Of a stretch of 64,000 nt of DNA, positions 50,766 through 64,000 are shown one piece after another; positions within the stretch are counted from its first letter, which is position 1, and each line of letters opens with the position of its first letter. This DNA is from Lama glama. Taxonomy: Eukaryota. Where the stretch lies: assembly GCA_028534125.1 (NCBI GenBank), contig CM052817.1:45510001-45574000 (forward strand), in the 5' to 3' direction. The translations under genes were made by a program, and so were the position numbers. The notes under the pieces were generated by a model. The model had not been told where the DNA came from and made no database searches. It worked only from the letters and a program-made list of their open reading frames with translations.

Positions 50766-52444
50766 TTCGAGGCTCCTTGCTGTCTTCTACTTTATTTGGG
50801 AAGTTCAGTTACTTCTCCCATCTTTTTTGTTTTGTTTTTAGGCTTTTCTGGTAGGTATCGTCTCTTTTTTTCCTTGGCAGTTTTCTTCCTTTAACAGAAT
50901 ACAAAGAAAATTATTATCACTTTATTGGACTGTGATTGATGTTGCTTGGAAAAATAAAGTTATATGAGTATATGTGGGTTAAAAATATAATTGACAATCT
51001 GGAGGCAACCTCAGTGGGACTTGAGCCCATAACCTTTTGTACCAGCTTCAGGGAGATGGCATATGATATGATTAAAAATATTATTGGACAGTATAAATAT
51101 AGTGCATATATAAATCCACAAATCTGATTTACATTACTCCTGAGAGGCTGTTCACAGAATCCTGGGACTGAAATGTGGCCATCCATGCCAAGGTTTCTCT
51201 GAATACATTTTACTTTGGACTCAGGACCAAGTGCATTCCCGAGCTTTATAGCAGACTGAGGGATGATGCTGTAATGAAGGGCAGAGCACCTCAGCCCATA
51301 AACAAGGTGCAACATAGGGGATGTGGGGCCGGTTGGGAAGGACTTTCGTGAGCGAGATCATAAAACTGCTTGCAAGAGGGCTCTGCTAAAAAATATGGCT
51401 GTCGTTAGCACGGTCGCTGAACAGATTTCAGGCTGAGCGGCAGCCTTTATGATCTGAGGCAGTAAATTCCCTTTATTAACATAAACAATAAGTCTCTGGA
51501 AAGGACAGAGTCAAGGAAGCTTTCGAAGTCCTCTGGGTGAAATATTCTCCCCTGGACCCTCGATCACCGTTTCTGGGATTATGCTGCCTTTTTGTTTATA
51601 GGTCCTCACTAGCAATTTACATTCTGCTTTTTGTTATTTTTTCATTTCATTGAACCCTTTCACTGGGTGTTGTCTCTTTATGTATGTTCATTTTTTTTCT
51701 TTCTTGAAGTCTTTCTATCCCTACCACCGCTATCATCGTCCAAGCCACCAGCCTCTCAGGAACTGCTGTAACAGCCTCCAGCTGCTCTCCTCACCTCCTG
51801 TCTTTGACCCCAGTAGTTCATTCTGCACATTCCACTTTCCTGATCTTTCTAAACTCTCAATCTACTAGGTAACTCCTCTGCTTAAAAGCTCAATTATTCC
51901 TCACTACACTTAGGATGAGATTTAAATCCCTAAGGGGGCTTACAAGCACTTCATACCCATCCTCGCCTGCCTCTACCGCCTCCTCCTGTCTCCCCTGATC
52001 CTTACCTACCCTCTACCAGTTTAGGGTGATCCCCTAACATCCTGCATGAGAATTACCTTAAGATGCTTGCTAAGAAATCTATATCCCTGAATTCCAACCA
52101 GTACTAATCTGACCAGAACCCCTAGGGGTTCCCAAGGGGAGTCTTCCAAATGCCATTGAGGACCTGTTCCTAAAAGACATGAAATTCATGCAAGCCACCT
52201 GGATTCATTGGCTTCATTACCAGAGGAGCCTGCGGAGGATGATTTCAAAGGTGAGAGGGGGCTGATTGGACAGAGACATTGCTGGCTCTCTGTGGCGATT
52301 GCATCTGATATTACCACAGTTAGAAATCTGAGCATCCTTTGAAGATCTTTGAAAGTCTTTTAAAATACAAACTATCTTAGAAACTTAACTTACCAAAAGG
52401 TTTTAACTTAGACCTTCAGAGATCTAGGAAAAGTACAATGGAAA

Positions 52445-52615
52445 GAGAATGGGATTTACAGTCAGACAATCTGAGTAAGGCTTGAATCTGTCTTTATTGA
52501 TATTTCAACTTTGGGCAACTTGTTTTAATCTCCTGATTAAATTATAGTTTATTCTGTGAAGTGGAATGGTATTGTGAGGTCTAAATGAAGCGAAGAAATG
52601 TTCTGTAAACCGTTA
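52445..52615 (+). mobile_element. MIR SINE
   Basis: 'acagtcagacaatctgag...actttgggcaacttgttttaatctc...ctgtgaagtggaatgg...gtgaggtctaaatgaa'. Confidence 0.6.
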
Positions 52616-52679
52616 GTTGCCATCACCCAAGTTTGCTGCTACTCTTTCTCTGGCATTGGTTGAAGAAGGAGGTGAGTAA

Positions 52680-53222
52680 TGGATCCAGAAATGGGATAAT
52701 TAGGAATCAGAAAGTACTTTGAAGTGAATTTCAGTGATATCATCATGTATCAAAATTTGTGGGGTACAGCTCAGAGAGGAATTTATAGCACTACAACTGA
52801 AAACATTTGGTCTTCAAAAGGAAATCATGAAAATGAAAACATAAGTTACCGAATGGGAGAAAATATCTGTAAAACATATCTGATAAAGGAGTTCTATCTG
52901 AAATACATAAATAACTCCTAAAACTGAATATAGGATGACAAATGACCCAGTAAAAATGGGGAAAAGATTTGAACACACACTTAACCCAAGAAAATACATG
53001 GATGACTAGTAAGCACATGAAAAGATGCTCAGCATCATTAGTTATTATGGAAACGCAGACTGAAACCACAATGTGCTGTGACTACGTATTTAGCCACTAG
53101 AATGGCAAGATGAAAGTTTGACCATACCAAGTGTTGGCAAGGATGTGGAGCAACCAGAACCCTTATCCACTGCTGGTGGGAATGCAAAATAATACTACCA
53201 CTTTGGAAAAGAGCTTGGCAGT
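52680..53222 (+). mobile_element. Old L1M ORF2 fragments
   Basis: 'tatcaaaatttgtggggtacagct', then 'gaatgggagaaaatatctgtaaaacatatctgataaagga...catgaaaagatgctcagcatcattag...gtgttggcaaggatgtggagcaac'. Confidence 0.8.
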
Positions 53223-53223
53223 A

Positions 53224-53447
53224 TGGGAACCCACCTGGAACCCCAGAGTTGGAATAAAGATTATTTTAAGCTGAAAATATTTGGGATTCAACAGATGCAG
53301 AAAGAAGCCTTCTCAGAGCTTTCTGTATCTGACTAAAAGCAGATACTTCTGAGAAATGAGTGTTGCCATAAATTTCCTCCACAGGGCAGCTTCTATTCCC
53401 AGAAGCAAGACCAAGAATAAACCTATCACAAATCCCCTCTCTAGGGG
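53224..53447 (+). mobile_element. ERV1 LTR 5' fragment, MER34-like
   Basis: 'aaagattattttaagctgaaaatatttgggattcaacagatgcagaaagaagccttctcagagc'. Confidence 0.65.
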
Positions 53448-53469
53448 TCAAGTATGATAGCAACTGGGA

Positions 53470-54285
53470 ACAAGTATTGATAGTAAAATTTATAATCCCC
53501 CGAATAAAATAGGAGTCCATAAATGCACACTGATATAAATAAGTAAATAGATATAAATGGACAATTTGTTTAACATAGGATAGTTACATAGTTTCAAAAT
53601 ACCTCCCCAGAAAATACTTATTAATTACTGGGGAAAAGAGGATAATCCCAGGGTGGAAAAGCCTGGCACACAACCTTCAGCAAATGATCTAAGTGAACAT
53701 CACCAGCACGGGGACAAATCAAAAGTGTGCAGCACTTGATAAAATATGATGGAAAAGTCTTTCTGTGATTTTCCCACCAAGGATGTGTAATCTGAATCTA
53801 ATCATGTGGTGGAAACATCAGACAACGCAAATTAAGGGACATTTAAAAAAAAACAACACAAAACAAAAATCTAGTCTATAGTCTTTAAAAGTATCAACGT
53901 CATGAAATGAAAGAAAGACTGAATTATCATTCCTGGTTTCTAGAAACCAAAGAAACATGACAGACAAATGCAACACATAATTCTGGATTGGGTCTTTTTG
54001 CTATAAGTGACCTACTGGGAAAAATGCTGAAACTTGAATGAGGTCTGCAGATTAGGTGGTAGCAATGCGTCACTGTTAGTTTCCTGGTTTTGACAGGTGT
54101 TTTGTGGTTATGTAAGCTAATTCTCTTGTCTGTAGGAAGTGTACATTTAGGTATTCGGTGGTGATAGGCCTCATATTGACAACTTACTCTAAAATGCTTT
54201 GCAAAAATAAAGTTACAACTTTTTCAAAAAGTAAATTTGAGATTATTCCAAATAAAAATTTGACAAATTTTATACAAAAAGAAAT
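53470..54285 (+). mobile_element. L1MC/ME-like 3'UTR
   Basis: 'taatctgaatctaatcatg...aaacatcagacaacgcaaattaagggacatt...aaatgcaacacataattctggattgg'. Confidence 0.75.
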
Positions 54286-54299
54286 CATCTTATAGAATG

Positions 54300-54710
54300 G
54301 ATTGCTGAGGGGCCAGAGAGGTCAGAATACTAGACGTTTTGCAATAGACTAAAAAAAGACAGTTGTTTCAATCAAAATAGTAGCAGTAGAAATGAAAAGG
54401 AGTGGAGAAATTTTTAATAGTTTAGGAAAAAAAAATTATTCTAGGATGACTTCTAGGTTTGGAGACTAAACACCAGGACGGCTAGTGATGCCATTTTCTG
54501 AGATGGGGAAGTCTGGTTTAGGATTGTATTTGGGAAGGAAATTAAGAGTTCTGATCTAGACATGTTAAGTTGGAGATGTCCAGGAGATCTCCAAGTAAAG
54601 ATGCTAGATTAGCAGTTGGAAATAGGAGTCTGGCACTTAGAGGAGAGGTATAAATTTTGGAGTCACCAACACATACATGATTTCAGCCATAGGACGGAAT
54701 AAGATCCCTA
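54300..54710 (-). mobile_element. L2 LINE fragment
   Basis: 'ggatgacttctaggtttgg...gtgatgccattttctgagatggggaag...gacatgttaagttggagatg'. Confidence 0.7.
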
Positions 54711-55639
54711 TTTCAAACAACGTTCTTGGTTGCCAAAAACTGGAGCCCCTCTAGCACAAAGGTCAGGTAGAGTAGTGCCAGTCCTTCAACTTTGTGCTTC
54801 TCCTTCAATATTGTATTTGCTGTTCTGGGAAATTTGTCCCCCCCCTTTTAATCTTTAAAGCAGTAGATTTTCCCTCAGTGATACCCTCAGCCTCAACATT
54901 TCAAACAGAAATCTTTGCATTTTGACAGAAGAGAAGGGGGTGGCTGTTTGTTCCTTCCTTTTACGTTATTATTAAATCCACAGACATGAATTTCCTGTGA
55001 CCTGTGATCCTGTGAACTTAGGACTCTTGGAAAGGCACCATGAAAAATCTGGTCTGTTGGTGACATTTCCAACCTTCTCTTATTACTTAGAGACTTCAGT
55101 ATGAGAAGTATACTTTAGGAATTCTTCTGGAAAATCTTTTTTTTTTTTTAATTCTGTTATTTTGCCTTTAAGTGAGGCTATAGTTCTCCTGGGCTGACTG
55201 ATCAAAGACAGACAAAGGGAACATTTCTACTATCCAGAAGCATGTTTTAGAAGATAGCTTTATTTTAAAATTTTCGACAAGGTTCTTTAGACTTAAAGTA
55301 ACGGTCCCTTGTGCCTGCCACTTACCTCTTGAAACAGCTTGAACAATATTTGCCTGATGGCTCTTTCTGCCTATCCTTCATTCTAAAGGACTCTTAAGAA
55401 AAATGATTGTCAGATTTTTTCCTACATTGTATTTATCTTTACTTATGTTGACCTGGGTTTAACTTTTTGATTAAGGACTTCACCAATCTTCTTCTAACTA
55501 AAATACTCTGACCCTTGCAGTAAGGAAATGGTAGGAAACCCAACTTTTCGCTGACTAACTCTTTTATTCTTTCTGTATTCTTAAATTGGATAACTTATTT
55601 TCAGAAGAAACAACACCTCAAATTTCAGATATTAAGTGC

Positions 55640-55830
55640 TTGCTCTGAAGTCAGATTGTTAGGGTTTAAACCCTGTTAAAAACCTGTGTGATCTTGGGTA
55701 ATTCACCTGATCTAAGTCTTAGTTTCCGTATTTGTTAAAAGAGGGATATTGTGAGGATCAACTAAAGTAACCTTTGGAAGGTTGTTTCTTAACACAGAGC
55801 TGGCCCATGGTATGTACCTAATATGGTAGT
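55640..55830 (+). mobile_element. MIR SINE
   Basis: 'ctctgaagtcagattg...gtgtgatcttgggtaattcacc...cttagtttccgtatttgttaaaagaggg'. Confidence 0.7.
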
Positions 55831-55859
55831 TTTGTCATTGTCTTTATTATTTTCTCTTA

Positions 55860-56220
55860 CTCTTCTAATACTATCCTCTTCAAAGGGCCAGAATTCTGAC
55901 CTATAGTAGCTTGAGCTTTTTCTGAGCTCCCATAGCATCTTCTAGAGACCTCTGCTACTGTCCTTAACATGTGATACTATAGGCAGGGCTGACCTGCAGC
56001 CGGCATGCCCCCGTGCACCTGCCAACATCCCTCTGACCGGTTGGTGTCCGTAGTATGAAGTTATTTATATATACTGAATAGCTCCCTGATTATAAATGTT
56101 GCCTTTCTGTCTCTCCTGTTGGATTGAGAGCTCCCAAGGGGAGGAATTGTGCCTTATTGCTTCTCAGTCCCTACTATGCTTGGCACATAGTAGACTCTGT
56201 ATAATTCTTTGTTGAATCAA
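55860..56220 (+). mobile_element. L2 3' fragment
   Basis: 'ggattgagagctcccaagggga...gcttggcacatagtagactctgtataattctttgttgaat'. Confidence 0.65.
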
Positions 56221-57224
56221 TTGTCAAACCTTGAGCTACCTACCATAGTGGATTTGAGGTGTTAAGAAAAGCTAGCTACCCTTTGGTTGGAACCGTCAAA
56301 ACGAATGAGATTTGAAGGAGCTGCATCTAGGGAAGAAGGTGACTGTGAGCCCCATCTCAAGTCAGATCTATCTGAGTGCCTCCAACAGTGTTGTGCTCAA
56401 GCCTGTAACATTTTCCCATCAGCTTTAGCCACAATCAGGGCATTCACTCTCAGATGACTGGAGGTTTACTTTGGGAGGCATTTGCTATTTGGCTCCTTTG
56501 AGGTGTTTAGCAATGCGAACTGGCCACCAGCTGCTCCTTAACGATCTGTGTACTTGCTGTTGTCACATGTTCCCTCCTGACTCAATTCTCACCTCCCCAC
56601 CTCCCAACCATCTCCTGCACATGATTAATTTAAGGGTTGCAGATAACATGCAGGCTCCTTATCTTCCAGTGAAGCTGGAGGAGAGTACAGATTCCAAAAT
56701 GGTTTTCAAAACATAAATGAAGTGGGAATAAAAAACCTCCAACTTGTTCAACTGGTTGAAAAATCCTCCACACAGTAGGATTAATCCTGAGAGGGCTTAC
56801 ATGTATAATAAAATGATCCTTTCAATTCCGTGGTCCTGTGCTTGGGGTGGGGGTGGGTGGTTTCTAGGCTAGAAACTTCTCAGATTCGCGGTTTTCATTT
56901 TAGGGGTGTGGAATTGGAGCTAAACTCAAATCCAGTCACATGCCTCAGAAGGCTGCCTGTCACTAGTACCAATAAGGGATAGTTAAAGCCAATTCATGTC
57001 TGAAATGAATGTGTGGACTCCACTGATGATAAAGACTAAGGAGTCTGAAGGCAGGCAGTGCCAGGATGACCCTTGTGAGACACGTCTGAAACTCAGGACC
57101 CACCTAGAAACCATTTTCACAATGGTCATGAGGTCACCTAAGGCCACAGGAATTGGGTGAAAACCAATTAGGGGCAAGTTGTACCTTAGAACAAATTCAG
57201 ACTTCCTCCAAAGCAAGACAATGT

Positions 57225-57265
<41 letters not shown>
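57225..57265. repeat. (TG)n microsatellite, one interruption
   Basis: Read directly from the sequence. Confidence 0.95.
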
Positions 57266-57266
<1 letters not shown>

Positions 57267-58289
57267 AAAGAAACAGAAATGGAAAGAGACAAAGAGACAA
57301 ATTCAAGTATAATTCCTTACGGGAATTGTTTTTCTTCCTGGGGAAGGAGACTGAATAAATGGAAAGAAGTTCGGACCAGGAATTGGGAGACTTGCATTTG
57401 GGCCTGGAGTTTGGTCGCCTGGAGCCCATGGCTTACCTGCCCAAACCTTGGCTCCACTGGCTGGCAAAGATGTGAGGCGATGATGGAGGTCCAACTGCCT
57501 TCAAGGCAAACTGGGTAAGGAATGCAAGCTACTGTTGTTATTATTATGGACGTGTAATACTGCAGTGAAGGACCACAAAGGGTGACACTGTAGACCTACA
57601 CATGCTGTCCCAGGGAGGCTGTCTATGCAAAGCTATTTCTATCATAACTGAAGCACGCGTCGAGTCTCGTGGCTGCTGGATCATAACAAAAAAGGTATAA
57701 TCATGTTGCTAAGATTATACCAGCGATTATCTCTCAAAAGGAGACTGATAAGAGAATCAACTCAGCAACTTTTAGAAAATAAACACCATAAGATGCCCTG
57801 TGATAAAATGTTACAGCAGCAATTGTATTTTCCTCTCCCTCTCTCCCTCCCTCCCTTCCATGCATCTCACCTCACACTCTAACTCACTTCTTCAAACAAC
57901 AATTGAGCGCCATCTCTGTAAGATGTGTTCTGGGCTCTGGGAGGACTACCAAATAAATAGGGCATAATACTTGTTCTCAAGGAGTGTCCTGTCCACTTTG
58001 GGAAGCACTGGCGGTAGAGAAACTGCCCTTGATGAACCGCATGTCCCACTGCTGCGGACTGGTAAGATCAAATCAGGTCCAAGCCACAGCATATAATCAT
58101 GCCTTTGTCTACACCATTCTTTCCATCATAAATGCCATGACCTTTCCTTATTAGATGATGGGCTCCTTATAGATCAGGTTAAGCAGTGGCTCCTCTGAAA
58201 TGCCTTCACTTCTGTGAAATGCTTCACTTCACAGACAGAATTAGTTAGCAGCCTCCTCCTCTTTATTTGCACAGTACTTGGGGTCACAA

Positions 58290-58500
58290 AGACCTGGGTT
58301 TAGATGTGGGCTCTGCCCCTGACCAGATATTTACAAGTTACTTGACCCCTCTAATCATCAGTTACATTGTCTGTAAAACGCTAATACTCCTCCCCTGGAA
58401 GTGGTGGTGCTGTGAAGGTTAAATGAGATAATATAATGTAAGATGCCTAGAACCATTGATGATCCTTGAAATATGAGTGCAATGAATAAATGATACCATT
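58290..58500 (+). mobile_element. MIR SINE
   Basis: 'gacctgggtttagatgtgggctctgcc...caagttacttgacc...ctgtaaaacg...gtgaaggttaaatgagataat'. Confidence 0.75.
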
Positions 58501-59794
58501 TATAATTCTCTGTTAGGAATATTTGTAAAGCTTGACTCCCACGCTTCCTACCTGCTTCTCTGAAGCTTTGCCCATAGAAAGAGCTCCATAAATATTTGAG
58601 GAATAAACAAATGAATGAGTGGATAAATAGTAGGCAAGTTATAGGCATGACAGAGTTAATTTACCACTATGTTCATGATTAAATTATTATTTTGTGAACT
58701 CATTAACAAAGTAGGAGTGTAATGGGACCAAGTAATTGATTTGGTTAGAAAACGTAAAGTAAACGTCTACAGCCCAACAATGCTCCTTATAGAGTCACCT
58801 GACTGTCTTGACAGCTGGAGTGAATTCGCTTTGAGCTGGATATCTTATAGGCCTGAGAAGCTGCCACAATGTTTGGGGTATAGAAGGTAGTTTTTTTTTT
58901 TTTTACAAAACATGGCACATTGTCATGTCACCAGGTTGTTTTCTCTTTTAATAACAGAATATTTTAATGTTTTGGGGCAAAAGTACTCCTCCTGTTATAA
59001 AGAATTTATAATAGATTAAAATGAGCTATAGAAATGTGATTATAATTACAATGACTTTGAGTTTATGATTCCCTTTATTAATTATTCTTTAGTGGTTTAT
59101 CAGTATGAGTTCAAGATATTAAAAATCCCTCTGGTTTTATGTATTACCACCCCCTCTTTTTACTTTCTAGGAATAAATATTTGTTAAATGGATATATACC
59201 AAGGTGACAGTAGCCTTATCTTCAGAGAAAGCATTGTAATTTCTTATAGGGAGGGAGCTACCTTTGAGGAAAAAAATCTTGATAAACCACTTAGGGGCAA
59301 AGTGAGATCCTATGAGGATGGGGTGGCAGAAACCAAAGAAACAAAAGAGACAGTAGGATTGGACGGGAATTTGAGGATGAGACGAGGCGGGGGAGTGGGG
59401 AAGGATGGAGAGAACAGGGCTGAGCAACAGGGCAGGAGGCTGGAGTCCAAGTCGTGGAAATTGCCCAAGGATTTATGGAAACAGAATTGTTTAAAACTAA
59501 ATTGCAAGTTGTTTCCACTCCTGGGCTGTATATTTTATCTCTGGAAAGCTTCAAAAACTCTTTGAGTGGAAATGACGGACAGCCTGAGTCCACTTCTGGG
59601 TCAATACAGCTCCAAACAGGGAGATCATGAGCAGGAGAAGAGAGTCAGAGGGAACTTTGAGCAGAGACGTGCCCCTCGCACCGTGTGCCCTGTCCCACCC
59701 CCGGGAGTTTTACAGGAATCCTGGGGAGGAGTTCAGACTTTCCACATTTCTCTGGAAAGATAGATTTTGTCCAGATCTTAAAAGAAGGGAGAGT

Positions 59795-60010
59795 CAAGAG
59801 GTGGCTAAGAGTGTGAGTTCAAATCTCTGTTACTATCCTATTCATCTGGGGCAAGTTACTTAGCTTTTATAAGTCTCATCTGTAAAATGAGACAAATCGG
59901 AATAATAGCACCTACTTTGCAGGGAGGATTGAATTAGATAAAACTGGTAATGTGCTTAGAACAGTCCCTGGCACATGGCAAGGATTTCATAAATGTTAGG
60001 TAGCAGTATC
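59795..60010 (+). mobile_element. MIR SINE
   Basis: 'gggcaagttacttag...ctcatctgtaaaatgag...gtgcttagaacagtccctggcacatgg...ataaatgttag'. Confidence 0.8.
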
Positions 60011-61419
60011 GCTATTGTATACCTGAAAACTATTTCCATTGTGTTTCCGGTCAAAATGATTCTTTTGCTTAGGAGATTCAGGCAGTGAACCCTGCCAGGA
60101 CTTACACCTTCCAGCACAATGATGAGGGCGAGTCTCAGTTCTCGGCAGAGTCTTCTTACTTTACTGTTTTCAGAGTGGCAACTCATATGCCTCATATGCA
60201 GAAAATACCTTCCTTCTTCAGGTCAGTGGCTTTGACTATGGCTCACCAACTCATAGGTCCCAACTTTCTGACAGTGATGAAAATGTTTTGGAAATGTGCC
60301 TGGATCATCACGCTAATGGTGCCTTATATTTATGTAACCTTTTAGAGTTTACAGAGGGCTATGAACACAACCCTTGTGAATAAAGATACCCTTATCCTCA
60401 TTTTGTAAATGAGAAACTGTGACTCAGAAAGGCTGGTTCTCCACATCACCAGATCCAAGGGGGCTGCAAGTCAGAACTCAGGCTTTTGGACTCCTTGTTC
60501 ATTATTTTTGGGAATACAAAGGGATGTTCTCCATTACTTAAAGTAGCTCTAATATTTGCAAACTCCTACCCAGAAAGAGAAAAGCAGAGGAGGATAATTT
60601 TGACCTATTTTGCTTATCAAAGGAGTTAATTTGCCTTGTTTAAGATCAGAGGTTTATATGCCCAAATTAAATGCTGACTTCCAGCACTAATCTTATATAT
60701 TTCCTTCATTTGAATCTCTTTGGAATTTGTGATTTGCTTTAGTCAGTTGACTAATTTAATGAAAAGAAAATCGTAGACTCCATCGTTGGAAAAATTCTAT
60801 CAAGGTCTCTTTTATACACCAAAAGACACTATTCCCTTCAACTTTCCATCTCCTCTCTTATAGCTCAGAATATAACCCCAACCCTGGTGCCAGAGTGCAT
60901 GTGTTTCCCGAATTAAAAGGGAAATGCCACTGGTTGCTTTGATTATTCTACATCTTCTGTCCCCTATTTTTATCTTGTTTATGTGATTGAGAGATAACAA
61001 AACTATGACTCATAATGCCTTAGAAGACAAATTATTTGGGGAGGAGAAGCTGGCATATGGTGGAAAAGGAGGGCAGACAAGGGAGAAGAGAGGCCCCAGT
61101 GAGGACAATAATTTTAACTGGTGAAGAAGCCTGATTGGAGGAGAAACTAGAAACTTACTTTGAAAAACCTTACTTTAAGTATCTGTTCAGGAAACTGGAT
61201 CTGAAGCTTTAAAAACTCAAGCGGAGCTAGAAAAGCAGGGTTAGAAAAAGTACCTGTATTGTGGTCTAACATTTGGAAAGTGTAGAGTGAGAATACTATA
61301 CCAGGGTGGATGGTGTTCCAGTAATTGTGACACCTTTACCCGGGTGATCTGAACAGATTAGGACAGCTTTGTTTGATACGCAACAAACAGCTGGGGGTAG
61401 CAAACTTTTTGTTTTGTAT

Positions 61420-61710
61420 GCTTTTTGTTTTAATTTGTATGGAATTTTTTCCATAGCTTCACTTTCAATCTGTGTGTGTCTTTAGATCTGACATGAGTCT
61501 CTTGTAGGCAGCATATAGATGGGTCTCATTTTTTTTTTGTCCATTTAGTCACTCTGTCTTTTGATTCTAGCATTTAGTTTATTTGTGTTAAAAATGATTA
61601 TTGATAGATACTGAATGGTATTGATTGGGTGATTTCCATTATTTTATCGCCCAGATTGCTTATCTTTTCTTCTGTATCATCCAATGTACTACTGATTCGC
61701 TCTAGTGTTC
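61420..61710 (-). mobile_element. Old L1 fragments (ORF2 endonuclease region joined to ORF1-like sequence)
   Basis: 'cactttcaatctgtgtgtgtctttagatctgacatgagtctcttgtaggcagcatatagatgggtct' is reverse ORF2 endonuclease-region sequence. Confidence 0.7.
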
Positions 61711-62807
61711 AGGTGATCTTAACAAGTTCTTAACATGTGATTTCCACACACCAGAGAATCTGATTATTTAAAGGCTTAGAGACAGTGAGGGGTGTGTGTA
61801 TGTGTGTGTGTCTGTGTGTGTGGTGGACTGGTTCACATTGAAAGAAGGGTGGAGGTGGAAAAGGGTTAGAGAAGTCTGGTCAAGGGGAAGTTCTGGAAAA
61901 TTAATCCTAGAGAGTATTTAACTTCTATAAAGAGCAAGTTACTTTAAAAAATACATGTTAAATTCACTTTGTGTTCTCACTTAACGCCTTCTCTGGGCTT
62001 CTCTCTTTAGGGATGTATTACTATATGGAGAATGAGAAACCAGAGACTAATGGATAGAGTTTCACGATATTGTTGATGTTGATGTTGTTGCTGTTCTGTA
62101 GCTATAAAAGGTATATCTTCTAACTTTGGCATTGCAAACTGATTTGCACCACCCTGCTTTACCATCCCAAGTGAAGGAGGGAAAAGAAAGAAGAATGACC
62201 CTAGAACAGAATGCTGTTCTGACATCTCTTGATTTGGTAGTACAGAGATAGCTTAATGCATTGGGATTTTCAGAATAAATTGAATGTATTACCATCATTC
62301 TGAATATGTAATTAATGACAGCAAAGCCTTTTGAACCAAGAAAGGTGGCAAAAGCTGGCAATGTTAATTGACAATGTACAGATTTGAAAATGTGCTCTTC
62401 CAAAGATTTCAAATCAAATGCTAAATGATGCTGAGGGCCTTCAAAAGCAGTTAGGGAAAAAAACATATCAAATTGGTCTTCATCATCTTCACTAATTAAT
62501 ATTTATTGGGTGCCTAGATATCTTGCTTCATGTTGAAAAAAGAAAAGAATCTGGAATTTTATGATAGTTGAGAAAATATTTATGAGTTCGGTGATAAGAT
62601 GGAAAAGGGAATAAATGAACTATTTGAAGAATTTTGGAATTTACTGAGGAGGTCCCATTAGCAGGATCCTGAATATATCTTCTTAGAACTAAGGCATTAT
62701 GCTTCTGTAGTATCAATTTATTCCCTTATGCAGAAATACAGTTAAACTATGACAGAATCTTTGACTGGTATTTGAATGTCAGCAACTATCCTTCTCTCTA
62801 CTCTTTA

Positions 62808-62860
62808 TAATTCAATTCAATTCACTTCAGTTCAATTCTATTCCTCTTAATTCAATTCAC
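62808..62860. repeat. Degenerate (AATTC)n simple repeat
   Basis: 'aattcaattcaattcacttcagttcaattctattc...aattcaattc'. Confidence 0.8.
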
Positions 62861-63599
62861 CTTTATTATATGTATCATGGACCATGGTCCAGTGACTCTC
62901 CTGGGGAGACAGAAATTAATAAAATAAGGTCGTTTACTCAATGAAAAGATCTAGTGGTTAAGAGACTTGGTTCCTGAGGAGTCTGGAACAATGTGTGTTT
63001 TTTTCCTGGGCCCAACCATAAGGCAATTATAAAGGCTCTGCCTGACTGGTCTCACATGTGCTCCCCCGCCAGACTAGGTACACAGTCTCTGAGAGGAGGT
63101 GCAAAGACTCAGGCCCCTCTGGTTGGTCATGCTCTTTGCATCTGTGCATTCCTGGCCCTTCATCCCAGGGTACCTTCATCCCTGGGTCTCATTATTTGGG
63201 GGCTTCCTCTGAGATTGTCTTCCGATGCCTTTGCCAAGGCTGCCTTATGGGTAGAGGTATGATGGGGGAAACCTTGAAGACACTTTTCCCCACTCTGACT
63301 CGGTACTCAGTACTCTCATACTCCCAACTTCTTCCAACCTCCACCTAGGCCCCAGGGTCCATAAAACTGCAGGAATCTTTTATTTTGGGTCCCTTAATGG
63401 TGAGGCAACCCCCACATCTACACTAGTTCACCTGACTCTTGACCAGTGTGCCATTTCATGGGGGAAAAGGAACAGGGGCACTTGGTGCTCTTCCTGGTTT
63501 TACCCTCTTGTCCTATGGAAGTGAATGATTCAAGGCTCACTGGTACTTCCATTTCGGCTTATTGGTTTAATTGCTACTTTAATACCTGACAGCTTTGCT

Positions 63600-63790
63600 G
63601 AGCTCCTGACAGCTACTAGTCCAGGTTCCACCACTTCCTACCTATATTTGATTGGGCAAGTCATTGAACTTTTCCCAACTTTCAGTTTTCCTACTGTAAA
63701 ATGAATGCAGTACTGCAATAGTATCTATTCCAGAGGGCTGTTGGGAAGATTGCAAGAGATGATGCCTGTAGTTGGCACGCAGTGAAGTTT
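63600..63790 (+). mobile_element. MIR SINE
   Basis: 'ttgggcaagtcattgaac...cagttttcctactgtaaaatg...cagagggctgttgggaagatt'. Confidence 0.75.
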
Positions 63791-64000
63791 TTTAAATAAA
63801 TATTGTTATAATATATACTGTTATATAAATATGATAGTATTGATTGGATTCTTACAACCTTCTGGGGAGATTGAGATATGAACAATCATTCATTCCACAT
63901 GTCTTCCATCCCCACTCTGTATCAGGCCCTGGTTCTAAAGAGTCAAGATACTATGTCCTCTTGGCTCTCAAAGAGGCTTAGAGTCTAGAGGGAAGATAGA

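Noticed and set aside
58196..58230. Short direct repeat tgaaatgc(c)ttcacttc x2
   Set aside because: Two copies only, a local slippage duplication; not an array or CRISPR
59188..59565. 125-aa ORF
   Set aside because: Purine-rich, probably decayed L2-like sequence; no recognisable protein

Overview
This is repeat-rich mammalian DNA, most likely camelid: a Vic-1-type tRNA-derived SINE lies at 10299-10429, there are many cetartiodactyl-type L1 3' ends, and I saw no Alu, Bov-A/B, PRE-1 or CAN SINEs. I found no protein-coding gene, RNA gene or CRISPR array. The ORF track is explained by chance ORFs, L1 remnants and a 500-N assembly gap (24404-24903). The window reads as intergenic DNA or a large intron, filled with L1, L2, MIR, ERV/MaLR LTRs and hAT transposons, with a few unique enhancer-like islands. 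The best-supported observations concern retrotransposition mechanics. (1) A young L1 at 24081-25103 has an exact 17-bp target-site duplication (TSD), a 5' inversion (twin priming) and an 11-nt probable 3'-transduced tag. (2) An old L1 at ~38291-41841 keeps its 5' end, has ORF1 fused to ORF2 at a microhomology, and may carry a ~190-bp 3' transduction. (3) An L2 is interrupted by a MIR and by a hAT-Tip100 (Zaphod-like) element that retains a transposase C-terminal fossil and is itself split by an L1. I cannot support a new biological system here. Repeat subfamily names come from recalled consensus sequences and boundaries are approximate.
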